Shown here: positions 1 to 10,361 of the stretch, piece after piece
How positions within the stretch are numbered: position 1 is the stretch's first letter
How the letters are laid out: each line of letters starts with the position of its first letter
Assembly: GCA_965197475.1 (NCBI GenBank)
Contig: CBDANF010000002.1
Span: 992,001-1,056,000, forward strand
Direction: 5' to 3'
Origin: Candidatus Poribacteria bacterium
GTDB lineage: Bacteria > Poribacteria > WGA-4E > WGA-3G
DNA: 64,000 nucleotides
The notes under the pieces: generated by a model
Told to the model about the DNA's origin: nothing
Databases searched by the model: none
What the model saw: only the letters and a program-made list of their open reading frames with translations
Translations under genes and position numbers: made by a program

Positions 1-19
1 ATTTATTGTAAGGAAGTTC

Positions 20-49
20 TTGACATATCAACTGCCCTTAAGGTATACT
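20..49 (+). promoter_or_regulatory. sigma70-type promoter of the nfeD-floA operon
   Basis: TTGACA (20-25), 18 nt spacer, TATACT (44-49) upstream of the ORF at 116. Confidence 0.6.
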
Positions 50-115
50 TATAGCAAAAGTTTCCTATCCACTAATCAGAAAAAACTTTTGAGGGGCATT
101 TCATATTAATCAGGA

Positions 116-1666
116 GTGAGAGAGATGAGAGTCCAAAAAAATCTGCTATATTGCGTGCTCTTCTTAATCGGGTGTCTCTTCATGAAAGATGGACTATCCG
201 CTGAGGACAGCGCATTAGTTTATGTGATTGACATCCGCACAGAAATCGGCGGCGGGGTAAGCACTTACATTAAAAAAGGCATTCAAAAGGCAGAGCAAGC
301 GAATGCAGATGCTATTATTTTTGATGTGGATACCCCAGGTGGAAAGGTTGATGCTGCAGTAAAAATTATCAGATCGATCCAAGCCACTCAAATTCCGACT
401 ATCGCTTTCGTCAATCGACAAGCTATCTCCGCAGGTGCCATGATTTCTGCTGCATGCGATCAGATTGTTATGACATCAGGGGCAACCATTGGCGATTCAG
501 CACCGGTAGACGTGCAAGGAAATGAGGCAGGTGAGAAAATCGTCTCCTATATCCGAGGGATTATTCGTTCAACAGCAGAGCGACAAGATAGAAATCCGGA
601 CATCGCCGAGGCTATGGTGGACAAAAGACTCATACTTGTACGTTTGCAAAATGGCGATATAATTAAATTGCGGCCTGAAGAGTATATTAATGAGCAAGAT
701 GCTGGTACACAGATGGAAATTCTCTGCGGAGAAGGGGAACTGCTAAACTTAACCACTCGCCAAGCTCTTGACTACGGTTTCGCAGATGCACAGGCAGAAA
801 ACTTAACGGCATTGCTCGCGCAATACCGAATCGTTGAAATTGACCAAGATTATAGAAGCGATCAAAATGATGCTGTTATAGCGGCACTGACTCAAAAAAA
901 TGTCTTAGGAAAACAGGAAAAACTCGGTGATCACCGAGTCAATATAATAAAATCTTTGGAAAACGCGCAAATTACCAAATTTATAGTGACGCTTGCAGAT
1001 CGCACAGTCTTTTTTGTTACAAGTCCCTATATCAGTGCGCTTTTGCTTTCTTTAGGTGGACTCGGTTTAATCGTTGAGATTCGTACCCCAGGTTTTGGTA
1101 TTCCTGGATTTCTTGGTTTGCTGTTTATCGGACTTTTTTTCGGTGGACACATGCTGAACCAAGTTCCAAATGCCTATGTTGTTGCATTAATCTTTGTAGT
1201 CGGGTTGGCACTAATTGTATTAGAGGTATTTGTTATACCCGGTTTTGGCATTGCTGGCATTCTTGGAATATTATGTATGTTCGGAAGTGTCTTTTACACT
1301 TTTTTTCAAAGTACGGATGATATCAATACTGCCCTACTATGGTTGTCTGTTTCAGTTATTCTTACCTCTGTGTTGGCAATTCTTGCCACAGCATTTCTAC
1401 CTAAATCGGCTCCATTTCAGCGATTCGCGCTCTCCACAGTGATGAGTACTGACCAAGGTTACCACTCTGCTGGCACCCAAGATTTTGAGAATTTTCTCGG
1501 TAAAACCGGGGTGGCGTTAACACCGTTAAGGCCTGCAGGGACAGCCAGAATCGATAATAAACGACTTGATGTTGTCACAGTTGGTGACTTCATCGCACAA
1601 AATACACTTGTTAAGGTTTTAGAAGTCGAAGGTTCAAAAATTTCGGTTGAATCTCTTGAGAAGTGA
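116..1666 (+). CDS. nfeD: NfeD family membrane-bound ClpP-class serine protease (long form, YqeZ-like)
   Basis: DTPGG and A-SAGA ClpP-like motifs, TM bundle with PGFG motifs, C-terminal LRPAG OB domain. Confidence 0.9.
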   Translation: MREMRVQKNLLYCVLFLIGCLFMKDGLSAEDSALVYVIDIRTEIGGGVSTYIKKGIQKAEQANADAIIFDVDTPGGKVDAAVKIIRSIQATQIPTIAFVNRQAISAGAMISAACDQIVMTSGATIGDSAPVDVQGNEAGEKIVSYIRGIIRSTAERQDRNPDIAEAMVDKRLILVRLQNGDIIKLRPEEYINEQDAGTQMEILCGEGELLNLTTRQALDYGFADAQAENLTALLAQYRIVEIDQDYRSDQNDAVIAALTQKNVLGKQEKLGDHRVNIIKSLENAQITKFIVTLADRTVFFVTSPYISALLLSLGGLGLIVEIRTPGFGIPGFLGLLFIGLFFGGHMLNQVPNAYVVALIFVVGLALIVLEVFVIPGFGIAGILGILCMFGSVFYTFFQSTDDINTALLWLSVSVILTSVLAILATAFLPKSAPFQRFALSTVMSTDQGYHSAGTQDFENFLGKTGVALTPLRPAGTARIDNKRLDVVTVGDFIAQNTLVKVLEVEGSKISVESLEK

Positions 1667-1705
1667 CATTATATTAAATACCTAAAATGTTTGGAGGAAA
1701 AATCC

Positions 1706-2188
1706 ATGTTATGGGTTCCAACAATTCTCATCGCGCTCGGAATACTATTAGTGTTTATTGAGATTTTGATTCTTCCGGGGTTTGGTGCAGCGGGTGTGCC
1801 AGGAATCATACTACTCATCGTCGGAATCGGGATGATTTGGGCAGAATCAGGGGTTAAGACAGCCCTTATCTATGCAAGTATAGCTCTAATTTTCGTGATA
1901 CCAATAGCCGTTATCGGTCTGTCACTCATTCGTGAAACACCTCTCGGCAAAACCTTTATCCTGAGTGCTGCAGAAAGAAGTGACGAAGGTTTTCAGGCAG
2001 CACCTCAAGGGTTAACAGCACTTGTAGGAAAATCAGGTAAAACGGTAACCCCGCTTCGCCCGGCAGGAGTTGCACTTATCAATGGCCAACGTGTTGATAT
2101 CGTTACGCAGGGAGAGTTTGTAGCACCGGAAACAGAGATTGAAGTTATTCAAGTTGAAGGAAGTCGTGTTGTCGTCCGTAGTTTGTAA
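1706..2188 (+). CDS. short NfeD family protein (TM + OB-fold)
   Basis: EILILPGFG and TPLRPAG motifs; GGAGG RBS before ATG 1706. Confidence 0.85.
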   Translation: MLWVPTILIALGILLVFIEILILPGFGAAGVPGIILLIVGIGMIWAESGVKTALIYASIALIFVIPIAVIGLSLIRETPLGKTFILSAAERSDEGFQAAPQGLTALVGKSGKTVTPLRPAGVALINGQRVDIVTQGEFVAPETEIEVIQVEGSRVVVRSL

Positions 2189-2257
2189 AATCGTCAAATT
2201 GAGAGTGTTTGTTCTATCAAATTAACGAAACCGTAATCCTAAGAAAGGAGATATGAT

Positions 2258-3175
2258 ATGCTAGAATTTTTACCCGTTGTGCCGATAGTTGCTGTCGTAG
2301 CCCTAATTGTTATCTTTATGTTCTTTTGGTTCGTCCCAGTTGGGCTCTGGATTGCCGCTGTTGCAGCTGGTGCTCCACTGCGCATTTCTGAACTTATCGG
2401 AATGCGTTTGAGACGAGTCAACCCCAATGTAATTGTCAAAGCGTTAATTAGTGGTCACAAAGCTGGGTTAACAGTTGCAACAACCGAATTAGAGGCACAC
2501 TACCTTGCAGGTGGTAACATCCTGAACGTTGTCAGTGCGCTCATTGCCGCGGATAAAGCAAAAATTGAGCTTTCATTTCAACAATCATCCGCTATTGATC
2601 TGGCGGGTAGAGATGTGTTTGAAGCTGTCCAGGTGAGTGTGAATCCGCGTGTCATTACCACGCCAAAAATCAGTGCACTCGCTTTAGATGGTGTTGAACT
2701 CATTGCTACTGTCAGAATCACCGTCCGAACCAATATTAACCGTCTCGTCGGTGGTGCTGGTGAAGAGACTATCGTCGCACGGGTTGGTGAGGGCATCATC
2801 AGTGCGATCGGTGCCTCTGAAACATACGAGGATGTGCTTGAAAATCCGGACATTATTTCCAAAACGGTACTTGATCGTGGTCTTGATGCAGGTACCGCTT
2901 TTGAAATCTTATCTATTGATATTGCAGATGTAAACGTAGGGAAAAATATAGGTGCGGAACTTCAGGCAGAACAAGCAGAAGCTGATCTTGTTGTTGCGCA
3001 GGCCAAAGCGGAAGAACGTCGTGCACTTGCGGTTGCTCGGAAACAGCAGATGACAGCAAACGTACAGGAGATGCGCGCCAAAGTTGTTGAAGCCGAAGCG
3101 ACTGTTCCTCGTGCACTCGCGACCGCCTTTCGTGAAGGAAATTTTAATATCTCAACTCCGACAGAAGGAGAATAA
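2258..3175 (+). CDS. floA: flotillin-like protein FloA (YqfA family), copy 1
   Basis: [18 protein letters not shown] and [17 protein letters not shown] signatures. Confidence 0.9.
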   Translation: MLEFLPVVPIVAVVALIVIFMFFWFVPVGLWIAAVAAGAPLRISELIGMRLRRVNPNVIVKALISGHKAGLTVATTELEAHYLAGGNILNVVSALIAADKAKIELSFQQSSAIDLAGRDVFEAVQVSVNPRVITTPKISALALDGVELIATVRITVRTNINRLVGGAGEETIVARVGEGIISAIGASETYEDVLENPDIISKTVLDRGLDAGTAFEILSIDIADVNVGKNIGAELQAEQAEADLVVAQAKAEERRALAVARKQQMTANVQEMRAKVVEAEATVPRALATAFREGNFNISTPTEGE

Positions 3176-3177
3176 AG

Positions 3178-4209
3178 ATGGAACCAGTTATACTTGCGAT
3201 TATTGCTGTCTGTATCTTGTTATTTTTAATTGTTATTGCTTGGTTAGTTCCACTCGGTTTGTGGATTACCGCGATTGCAGCGGGTGTTAGAGTTGGTATT
3301 TTTGATCTCGTTGCGATGCGGTTGCGACGCGTTCCACCATCCGGAATTGTTGAACCCCAAATCAACGCCACAAAGGCAGGGTTAAGCCTATCACTTGACG
3401 ATCTTGAGGCGCATTTCCTTGCTGGTGGACGGGTAGGAAGCGTTGTTGCGGCACTCATCGCCGCCGATAAAGCTAACATTCAACTTGGTTTTGCGCAAGC
3501 CGCCGCTATTGATTTGGCGGGTAGAGATGTCTTGCAAGCTGTTCAAGTCAGCGTCACACCCGAGATTATTGATATTCCAAGCAGAGATGAACCCGCTAAC
3601 GGTATCACTGCAGTTGCCCGCGATGGAATCCAACTCATTGTTAAAGCACGCGTCACTGTGAGAGCAAACATTGATCGGCTTGTCGGTGGTGCAACTGAAG
3701 AAACGATACGGGCAAGAGTTGGGGAAGGGATTATCACAACGATTGGTTCTTCAGCAAACCATAAACAGGTTTTGGAAAACCCTGTGCGTATCTCTGAAAC
3801 AGTTCTTGAAAAGGGGCTTGAGGCAGGCACTGCTTTTGAAATTTTGTCTATTGATATCGCTGATATTAACGTTGGCGAGAACGTTGGCGCAAAATTACAG
3901 ACCGATCAGGCACAAGCTGAACTCAAGATAGCACGTGCAAAAGCGGAAGAGCAACGAGCACGCGCGGAAGCGGAAGAGGAAGAAAACAAGGCACTTGTAG
4001 AAGAAATGACCATCAAACTGATTGAGGCGGAAGCGGAAATTCCACTTTCCATTTCAGACTCGTTTAATTCCGAAAGGATGAGTGTTATGGATTACTACAC
4101 GCTCCGCAATATCCTTGCAGATACGGAGATGCGTCAATCTATCGCCTCTCCAGGGGGTACTCAAGACGTAGACACAACCCGATCTTCACATTCCTTGGGA
4201 CTCTCATAA
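3178..4209 (+). CDS. floA: flotillin-like protein FloA (YqfA family), copy 2
   Basis: same signatures plus C-terminal VMDYY..NI.ADT.MR motif. Confidence 0.9.
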   Translation: MEPVILAIIAVCILLFLIVIAWLVPLGLWITAIAAGVRVGIFDLVAMRLRRVPPSGIVEPQINATKAGLSLSLDDLEAHFLAGGRVGSVVAALIAADKANIQLGFAQAAAIDLAGRDVLQAVQVSVTPEIIDIPSRDEPANGITAVARDGIQLIVKARVTVRANIDRLVGGATEETIRARVGEGIITTIGSSANHKQVLENPVRISETVLEKGLEAGTAFEILSIDIADINVGENVGAKLQTDQAQAELKIARAKAEEQRARAEAEEEENKALVEEMTIKLIEAEAEIPLSISDSFNSERMSVMDYYTLRNILADTEMRQSIASPGGTQDVDTTRSSHSLGLS

Positions 4210-4231
4210 ATAACTTCTAAAGGAGAAATCG

Positions 4232-4702
4232 ATGGACTTTGATCTACGGACGTTAATTCCTTTTGTTATCGCGATTCTATTTTTGATATTTGGGGGGGCA
4301 CGCCGCCGGAAACCTGCTCAGCGTTCCGCTGAAAACAGCCAACGTCCCACTGAAAACAGGACCGAGGTAGATGCACCACCCGATCGCGAAGTTGTATTCC
4401 CTCCTTTCATGGAGAATTTTGAGGAGTTTCCATCTGAGACAGAATTGGCGCAGGAAACAGTGGTAAGCACCGAAGCCAATATACCAATGGTAACGGAGCA
4501 ATCTGTACCGGTTCAGGAGCCTACACCTGAGAGAAAGCGTATAGAACTGCCACCGGTTCCTGTGGATTCTCCGACACCGCTGCCAACGAAGTCGGTGCCC
4601 GCAACCTCTCTGATTGGTCTGTCTCCTGATACGTTTCGTCAAGGTATCATTCTTGCTGAAATTCTCGGCAGACCTAAAGGACTGCAAAGTAGGAGGCGGT
4701 AA
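4232..4702 (+). CDS. YqfB-like single-TM protein
   Basis: N-terminal TM, Pro-rich linker, C-terminal RQGIILAEILGRPKG motif; follows floA. Confidence 0.65.
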   Translation: MDFDLRTLIPFVIAILFLIFGGARRRKPAQRSAENSQRPTENRTEVDAPPDREVVFPPFMENFEEFPSETELAQETVVSTEANIPMVTEQSVPVQEPTPERKRIELPPVPVDSPTPLPTKSVPATSLIGLSPDTFRQGIILAEILGRPKGLQSRRR

Positions 4703-4784
4703 CATACTACTACTTTAACGTAGACGTGTTCAGCAGTGTAATGGGTAGGGAAGTTTTCAGAGGAATTCTAATGTCCTGTGAAAA

Positions 4785-5258
4785 ATGGGGGACTGCTTCA
4801 TGGATTATATTCTCTGGTCAAGGATTATTGTCCCTTTGACAATTGCGATTTTCGTAATTTACGTTGTTATCTCAAGCAATAGTGCGTATAAGAAGATAGA
4901 ACAGAAGAAATTAGAAGCAAATAATGAGGTTGATACGTCTGTCAATAGTGAAGTTGTGCCCTCTCCTTTCATGGAGAATTTTGGGGAGTTTCCTTCTGCA
5001 GCAGAACTGGTGCAGGAAACAGTAGAGAGCACCGATGCCAATATGCTTATGGAAGGGGAACAATCTGATGTGGTTCAAGAGACAACCCCTGAGAGAAAGC
5101 GTATAGAATCGCCACCGATTCCAGTGGATTCTCCGATGCGGCTGCCAACGAAACCGATGCCTTCAACCTCTCTGCTCGATCTGACTCCAAAAACGTTTCG
5201 TCAGGGTATAGTTCTTTCTGAAATTCTCGGCAAACCTAAAGGATTGCGCCATAAGTAA
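4785..5258 (+). CDS. YqfB-like single-TM protein, paralog of 4232-4702
   Basis: C-terminal two-thirds clearly homologous to the preceding gene at DNA and protein level. Confidence 0.65.
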   Translation: MGDCFMDYILWSRIIVPLTIAIFVIYVVISSNSAYKKIEQKKLEANNEVDTSVNSEVVPSPFMENFGEFPSAAELVQETVESTDANMLMEGEQSDVVQETTPERKRIESPPIPVDSPMRLPTKPMPSTSLLDLTPKTFRQGIVLSEILGKPKGLRHK

Positions 5259-5278
5259 TAGTAACCTCTGACTCGTTT

Positions 5279-5322
5279 ATGTCCGTAGTCTTGAAATTAG
5301 TTTGAGACTACGGACATTTTTT
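5279..5322 (+). terminator. Rho-independent terminator
   Basis: ATGTCCGTAGTCT..AGACTACGGACAT hairpin followed by a T-run. Confidence 0.75.
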
Positions 5323-5364
5323 AGCACCCCGTAAACTGTTTCTCACAGAACATAGGTTTAGAAA

Positions 5365-7512
5365 ATGTCCCGTCTAATTTATCAGTTTGCCATTATTCCC
5401 CTATTCCTTTTACTTTTTTCCAACTGTGCACAACCACATCCAGAGGATCTAAAACAGACAGATGCTGTTGAGATGGAGATGCCGCCTTATGCGCGCCACC
5501 TCAAAGGCTTTAAGATATGTCTTGATCCGGGGCACGGTGGACAAGGACACATTCCAGATTACAAAAGCGGTCCAACGGGTCTTCGCGAAGCGGAAATCAA
5601 TCTAAAGGTCGCATTCTTTCTTCGAGAGTTGCTGGAGCAAGCTGAAGTCACTGTATTCATGACACGCGTTGACGATTCCTACGTAAGTCTCCCAGAACGC
5701 AGTCAAATTGCCAACGAAAATAACGCAGATTTCTTCATTTCACTGCACCATAACGGAATTGATAATAATCCAGACATAAACTATACCTCTACGTGGTATC
5801 ACGGTGATGCTGACGATTCTCGTCCAAGCCTTGACCTTGCACGGTACATTCAGCAGGAGGTTTCTGATGCGCTCCAGTTGCCAAAATCTGCATCAACAGG
5901 GCTTTATTCTGACAAGTTGGTCGTTGCCTCAGGTTTCGGTGTCTTGCGATTGACGAAATGCTCGGCAGTTGTGTGTGAAGCATCTTTCTACACCAATCCT
6001 GAAGAAGAGGCAAGACTGAAAAATGATGATTACCTTAAAAGAGAGGCTTACGGATATTTTCTCGGCATTGCCCGTTATGTTGAAGCCGGGTTTCCGAAAG
6101 GTGTTCTGATAACACCTAAACATGAATCTGTTATTCAAACCAAAACACCCTCACTTAAGATTCAGGTAAAGGATGGACTACACGAACGTGGTGCGTGGAT
6201 GCTCAAACGGCAACAGATTTTTTCCAACGCTATCCAAGTCAAAATTGATAACGTGGAAGTGCCGTTTAAATACGACCGCGATACGGATATAATTACTGTA
6301 AACATCAAAGAACCGTTGTCAAACGGTATGCATTTTGTCCAAACAGAGTTGGTAAATTATTACGGGAATCATAGTCTACCGAAGCCACAGCAGTTTAAGG
6401 TGGCACCGCCTGCAGATGCACTGCAGTTGAGCGCGTGGACAGATATCCTACCCTATGACGCTAAAAGTTACGTAGGCATCACTGTAACCGTTCTCGACGC
6501 TAACGGAATGCCAATTGCAGATGACGAACTGATCAAAGCAAAAACTACCAGCGGAACCCTCACAGACACCGAGGATTTTTCAAAAGATGGGATTTCTCAC
6601 TTTTATCTTTACGCGCCTGATAAACCCGGGACTGCGACAGTGGAAGCAGCCTACGGTCAAACCCGCCAATCTCTAAAAATTCGTTTCGCAGACATTGCAG
6701 ATGGAATTTTACAAGGGCAGGTTTCCGATGCGAATTCAGGTGTACCTATTCCTGATGTCCAATTGCATGCTGATCCTGAGTTAACTGCTATTACAGATGT
6801 TGAAGGACACTACTTCATCAAAACTGACCCTTCATTGAAAAATCCGCTTGAAACGACACTCCACCTTTCAAAACCGGGGTTTTATCCTGATAAACATCAA
6901 ATTCTCATAGAACCGAATAAGGCAACAGTAGTCAATGCGAAACTTCACGCTATTGCAGATGGTGCGTTCGCTAAAACCGTTCTTGTCCTTGACACACAAA
7001 CGGATACCGCTAAAACACACCAACTCATCACAAAGTTGAAAGAGATATTAGAACTTGCAGGTGCAAAGGTGTACGATGTTCACACTCCTGGTCAAAAAGT
7101 TTCTTCGGAAAAACGGATTGAAAGGGTTAACAATATCAAAGATGAAGGATACTACTTACAAATTAATCACACCTCTTGGCGTAGAGGTGAATCACCAGTT
7201 ATTGCTGCACACAACCGTGGCAACCAAGGCACAGAGACTTTTCAAAAACGGATACTTGAACAATTCAACCAAAATCTGTTTGAGACACCGATTGTCACTG
7301 TTCAGGATAGAGAAACACCTATAATCCAGCAGACAAACAAAATGGCGATGACGCTTGAAATTCGATCATTAGATTATCCTGATGCAACCGCAATGCAAGA
7401 AGCATCCGCGATTTTCATCGGGTCGTGGCTTTTCCTAAAAGAGGAGACGGAGATTGATGCGGAAAAATTAGAACGTTTCATGATATACTTAAACAAGGCG
7501 CGAGGTGAATGA
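5365..7512 (+). CDS. N-acetylmuramoyl-L-alanine amidase (Amidase_3) lipoprotein with Ig-like domains and a degenerate second amidase-like domain
   Basis: LDPGHGG, E..IN, SLHHN and E zinc motifs; lipobox FSNC. Confidence 0.85.
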   Translation: MSRLIYQFAIIPLFLLLFSNCAQPHPEDLKQTDAVEMEMPPYARHLKGFKICLDPGHGGQGHIPDYKSGPTGLREAEINLKVAFFLRELLEQAEVTVFMTRVDDSYVSLPERSQIANENNADFFISLHHNGIDNNPDINYTSTWYHGDADDSRPSLDLARYIQQEVSDALQLPKSASTGLYSDKLVVASGFGVLRLTKCSAVVCEASFYTNPEEEARLKNDDYLKREAYGYFLGIARYVEAGFPKGVLITPKHESVIQTKTPSLKIQVKDGLHERGAWMLKRQQIFSNAIQVKIDNVEVPFKYDRDTDIITVNIKEPLSNGMHFVQTELVNYYGNHSLPKPQQFKVAPPADALQLSAWTDILPYDAKSYVGITVTVLDANGMPIADDELIKAKTTSGTLTDTEDFSKDGISHFYLYAPDKPGTATVEAAYGQTRQSLKIRFADIADGILQGQVSDANSGVPIPDVQLHADPELTAITDVEGHYFIKTDPSLKNPLETTLHLSKPGFYPDKHQILIEPNKATVVNAKLHAIADGAFAKTVLVLDTQTDTAKTHQLITKLKEILELAGAKVYDVHTPGQKVSSEKRIERVNNIKDEGYYLQINHTSWRRGESPVIAAHNRGNQGTETFQKRILEQFNQNLFETPIVTVQDRETPIIQQTNKMAMTLEIRSLDYPDATAMQEASAIFIGSWLFLKEETEIDAEKLERFMIYLNKARGE

Positions 7513-8522
7513 GGGTGCACATCGCTTCGAAAATCACTAAATTGCAGCTCAATCATCCGTTCAAGATTTCGCGCCGGGAAACTGATGCATATCGAGAGAT
7601 CATCTCTGTAGAAATTGATGGAGGGATAGGTGAAGCAGCCCCCGCAAAATTCTACGGTGAAAGTGTTCAGACAGTAGAAACAGCATTAGAGACTCTTTTC
7701 TCATCACATGATGGCAACCTTGATGAAATACAGGATGTGATGGCGAGGATTGAATCAACGCTTGATGGTAATTACGCTGCAAAATCTGCCATTGATATGG
7801 CACTGCACGACAGGTTGGGTAAAAAACTCGGTGTGCCGCTTTACAAACTCTGGGGTCTCAACCCACAAAAAACACCATGCACCTCTTTTACCATCGGTCT
7901 TGACGAGCCTGCAGTGATGGCGGAAAAAGCACTACAGGCAGAAGCGTATCCGATTCTCAAAGTTAAACTTGGAACATCTCGCGATATTGAGATACTTCAG
8001 ACACTTCGCAGCGTTACGGATAAACCGATCTATGTTGATGCAAACACAGCATGGACACCAAAAGAGGCGGTTCAAAAAATCCATCAGCTTATAGGGTATG
8101 GCGTTGAGTTAATTGAACAACCTACAAAACCTGACGATATAGCAGGACTTAAGTACGTTCGCGAGCATTCAGAATTGCCGATTATCGCAGACGAAAGTGT
8201 CAAGCGTGCAAGTGATATCCCCGCGCTTGCCGAATCCGTTGATGGAATCAACATTAAACTGGTCAAATGCGGAGGTATATTAGAAGCATTACGGATGATA
8301 CATGTGGCACGCGCACATGGATTGCTTGTAATGATCGGTTGTATGATTGAGAGTTCGCTCGGAATCACTGCCGCTGCTCACTTAACACCGCTCGTAGACT
8401 ATGCAGATTTAGACGGAAATCTGTTAATTTCAAATGACCCCTATACTGGTGTAAAGATTGATAATGGCAAGTTAATTTTGTCAGATCGTCCTGGTATTGG
8501 TGTTACAGCAACTAACAATTAA
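7509..8522 (+). CDS. L-Ala-D/L-Glu dipeptide epimerase (enolase superfamily)
   Basis: KVK, DAN, EQP, ADES, NIKL.K.GG, GCM.ES and DLDG motifs. Confidence 0.9.
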   Translation: MRVHIASKITKLQLNHPFKISRRETDAYREIISVEIDGGIGEAAPAKFYGESVQTVETALETLFSSHDGNLDEIQDVMARIESTLDGNYAAKSAIDMALHDRLGKKLGVPLYKLWGLNPQKTPCTSFTIGLDEPAVMAEKALQAEAYPILKVKLGTSRDIEILQTLRSVTDKPIYVDANTAWTPKEAVQKIHQLIGYGVELIEQPTKPDDIAGLKYVREHSELPIIADESVKRASDIPALAESVDGINIKLVKCGGILEALRMIHVARAHGLLVMIGCMIESSLGITAAAHLTPLVDYADLDGNLLISNDPYTGVKIDNGKLILSDRPGIGVTATNN

Positions 8523-8577
8523 TCTACTATAACCTATTTCCTCCGTATGAAGCACTTAAGAGATTGGAGAAATAAAA

Positions 8578-9291
8578 ATGACAAAACAAAATCGAAATGT
8601 CCTTATCACGGGTGGCACCGGTATATTAGGCAGTGCCGTAACCAAAACCTATCTTGCGCAAGGTGACACCGTTGCTGTCACGTATCTTTTTGACAATGAA
8701 GTTGAACGTTTCAAGCAGTACAACCCTGAACTCAGCGAAGATGTTACCTTCCTGTTTGCAAACGTTACTGAGGAGGGCGAGGTCCAGAAAACTATACAGT
8801 CTTTTTTAACACAATTCGGTCATCTGGATATATTGGTGAATATCGTTGGGGGATTTGTCGGTGGAATTCCAACCGCAGAACTTGAAGAGGACCGATGGGA
8901 TTTCATGATGAACCTCAACCTCAAATCCGTTTTCCTCTGTTGTAAAACGGTGATACCACACATGACGGAACGGGGTTATGGCAAGATTGTTAACGTCTCC
9001 GCACGTGCAGGCTTAAAAGGTGAGGCAGGATTGAGTGCTTACTGCGTCTCTAAAGGGGGTGTACGCACCTTAACAGAAGCATTAGCTGCAGAAGTGATGG
9101 ATTCTGGTATCAACGTCAATGCCATCATGCCGAGCATTATGGACACCCCCGCTAATCGAGAGGGTATGCCGGACGAAGACCATAGTCGTTGGGTAGCTCC
9201 TACCGATGTGGCAAAAGTTATCTGTTTCCTTACTTCTGACGATTCAGCAATAATCAACGGTGCAGCCATACCTGTTTACGGTAGGGCGTAG
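8578..9291 (+). CDS. SDR family oxidoreductase
   Basis: TGGTGILG Rossmann motif, YCVSK catalytic motif. Confidence 0.9.
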   Translation: MTKQNRNVLITGGTGILGSAVTKTYLAQGDTVAVTYLFDNEVERFKQYNPELSEDVTFLFANVTEEGEVQKTIQSFLTQFGHLDILVNIVGGFVGGIPTAELEEDRWDFMMNLNLKSVFLCCKTVIPHMTERGYGKIVNVSARAGLKGEAGLSAYCVSKGGVRTLTEALAAEVMDSGINVNAIMPSIMDTPANREGMPDEDHSRWVAPTDVAKVICFLTSDDSAIINGAAIPVYGRA

Positions 9292-9395
9292 AAGATAATG
9301 CGAATTATGTAACAAATTCAGCGTTTGACCCGGTGTCTAAACAACCTGAGTTGAAATTCTGTGCTGTCCGGATTGAGGTTCATGATGTGACATAG
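9291..9395 (+). pseudogene. orphan C-terminal fragment of a molybdopterin oxidoreductase (FdhA/NasA-type)
   Basis: hand translation NANYVTNSAFDPVSKQPELKFCAVRIE* matches the molydopterin dinucleotide-binding C-terminus. Confidence 0.7.
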
Positions 9396-9599
9396 AATAA
9401 CGAGTTATCGTAAGTCAAATGTATCAGCAATGTAGTGACAAGTTACTGTACCAATATGCTCGGGTATATGAAAAATCCAAATTCTGGATGTATCAAGACA
9501 CACTGATTTTTGTCATATTGGGGAGAGTTAGACCACAGGGGCTGTTACTGGAAAAGACTTATAGGTGATTCTTGAAAGGAAATTGTGATGCCCGATTCC

Positions 9600-10313
9600 T
9601 TAGGATGGACGTTGATAGTTTTCGGCCTTTACGATACTGGACTCAGTCTTATCCGGTGCCCCAACCAAAGAAATTTGGTTATTTTCATCAAGAAGAAAAA
9701 AGTAAGTTTGTAGAACTAAAGCACCAAAAGTGTTTGTGCCCCTGCAAGTCATTGTGATCTTGTGGTAGTACTTTCCATCTTTTTCTGTCTCCTCATACTC
9801 ACTTGACACGTGTTGAAAACTATCAGGATTATGCATGTGTTGTTTGAACGTGGAAATGACACGAGGGTGCGATCCATCCTCAGATATTTTGGATTTGAAA
9901 GTTGCCTGAACGCCTAACTGTTTCTGGATCCTTAGTGCTTTCGTCTTGGCTTGCTTTGACAACTGTTGAATATCAGTACCTTTGCGATTTTTCAAATACT
10001 CGTCACATTTTTCAGAGATTTCTGAAAGCACTTTAGGATCTTCAGATGACAGTTGAGCACGATACTCTTTGAGAAAAGCGCGCTTCTCACCTATCAGTCT
10101 CCTGTAAAACCATCTAACGGAAAAGTACAGAATACAGAATACTATGTAAACTGAAACAAAAAATGGTATAATAACAATCCAAGAAGCTATAATTACTCTC
10201 TCTGTAATCGCGACAATCGCCAGCATCATGACTGTAATCACCGCTGAAATTATTCCCAAGCGTTCAATAGCGATATCATTGGGACCTTTTTTGGTTTCTT
10301 TTTTCATCTGCAT
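9600..10313 (-). CDS. hypothetical membrane protein (2 TM)
   Basis: 237-aa ORF with 2 TM segments; C-terminal NPDSF..RGTNTFGA motif. Confidence 0.6.
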   Translation of the reverse strand: MQMKKETKKGPNDIAIERLGIISAVITVMMLAIVAITERVIIASWIVIIPFFVSVYIVFCILYFSVRWFYRRLIGEKRAFLKEYRAQLSSEDPKVLSEISEKCDEYLKNRKGTDIQQLSKQAKTKALRIQKQLGVQATFKSKISEDGSHPRVISTFKQHMHNPDSFQHVSSEYEETEKDGKYYHKITMTCRGTNTFGALVLQTYFFLLDENNQISLVGAPDKTESSIVKAENYQRPS

Positions 10314-10361
10314 TATCCAATCTTGACGATTTCGGCGGTTGTTTCATCATCTAAAGTCTGG

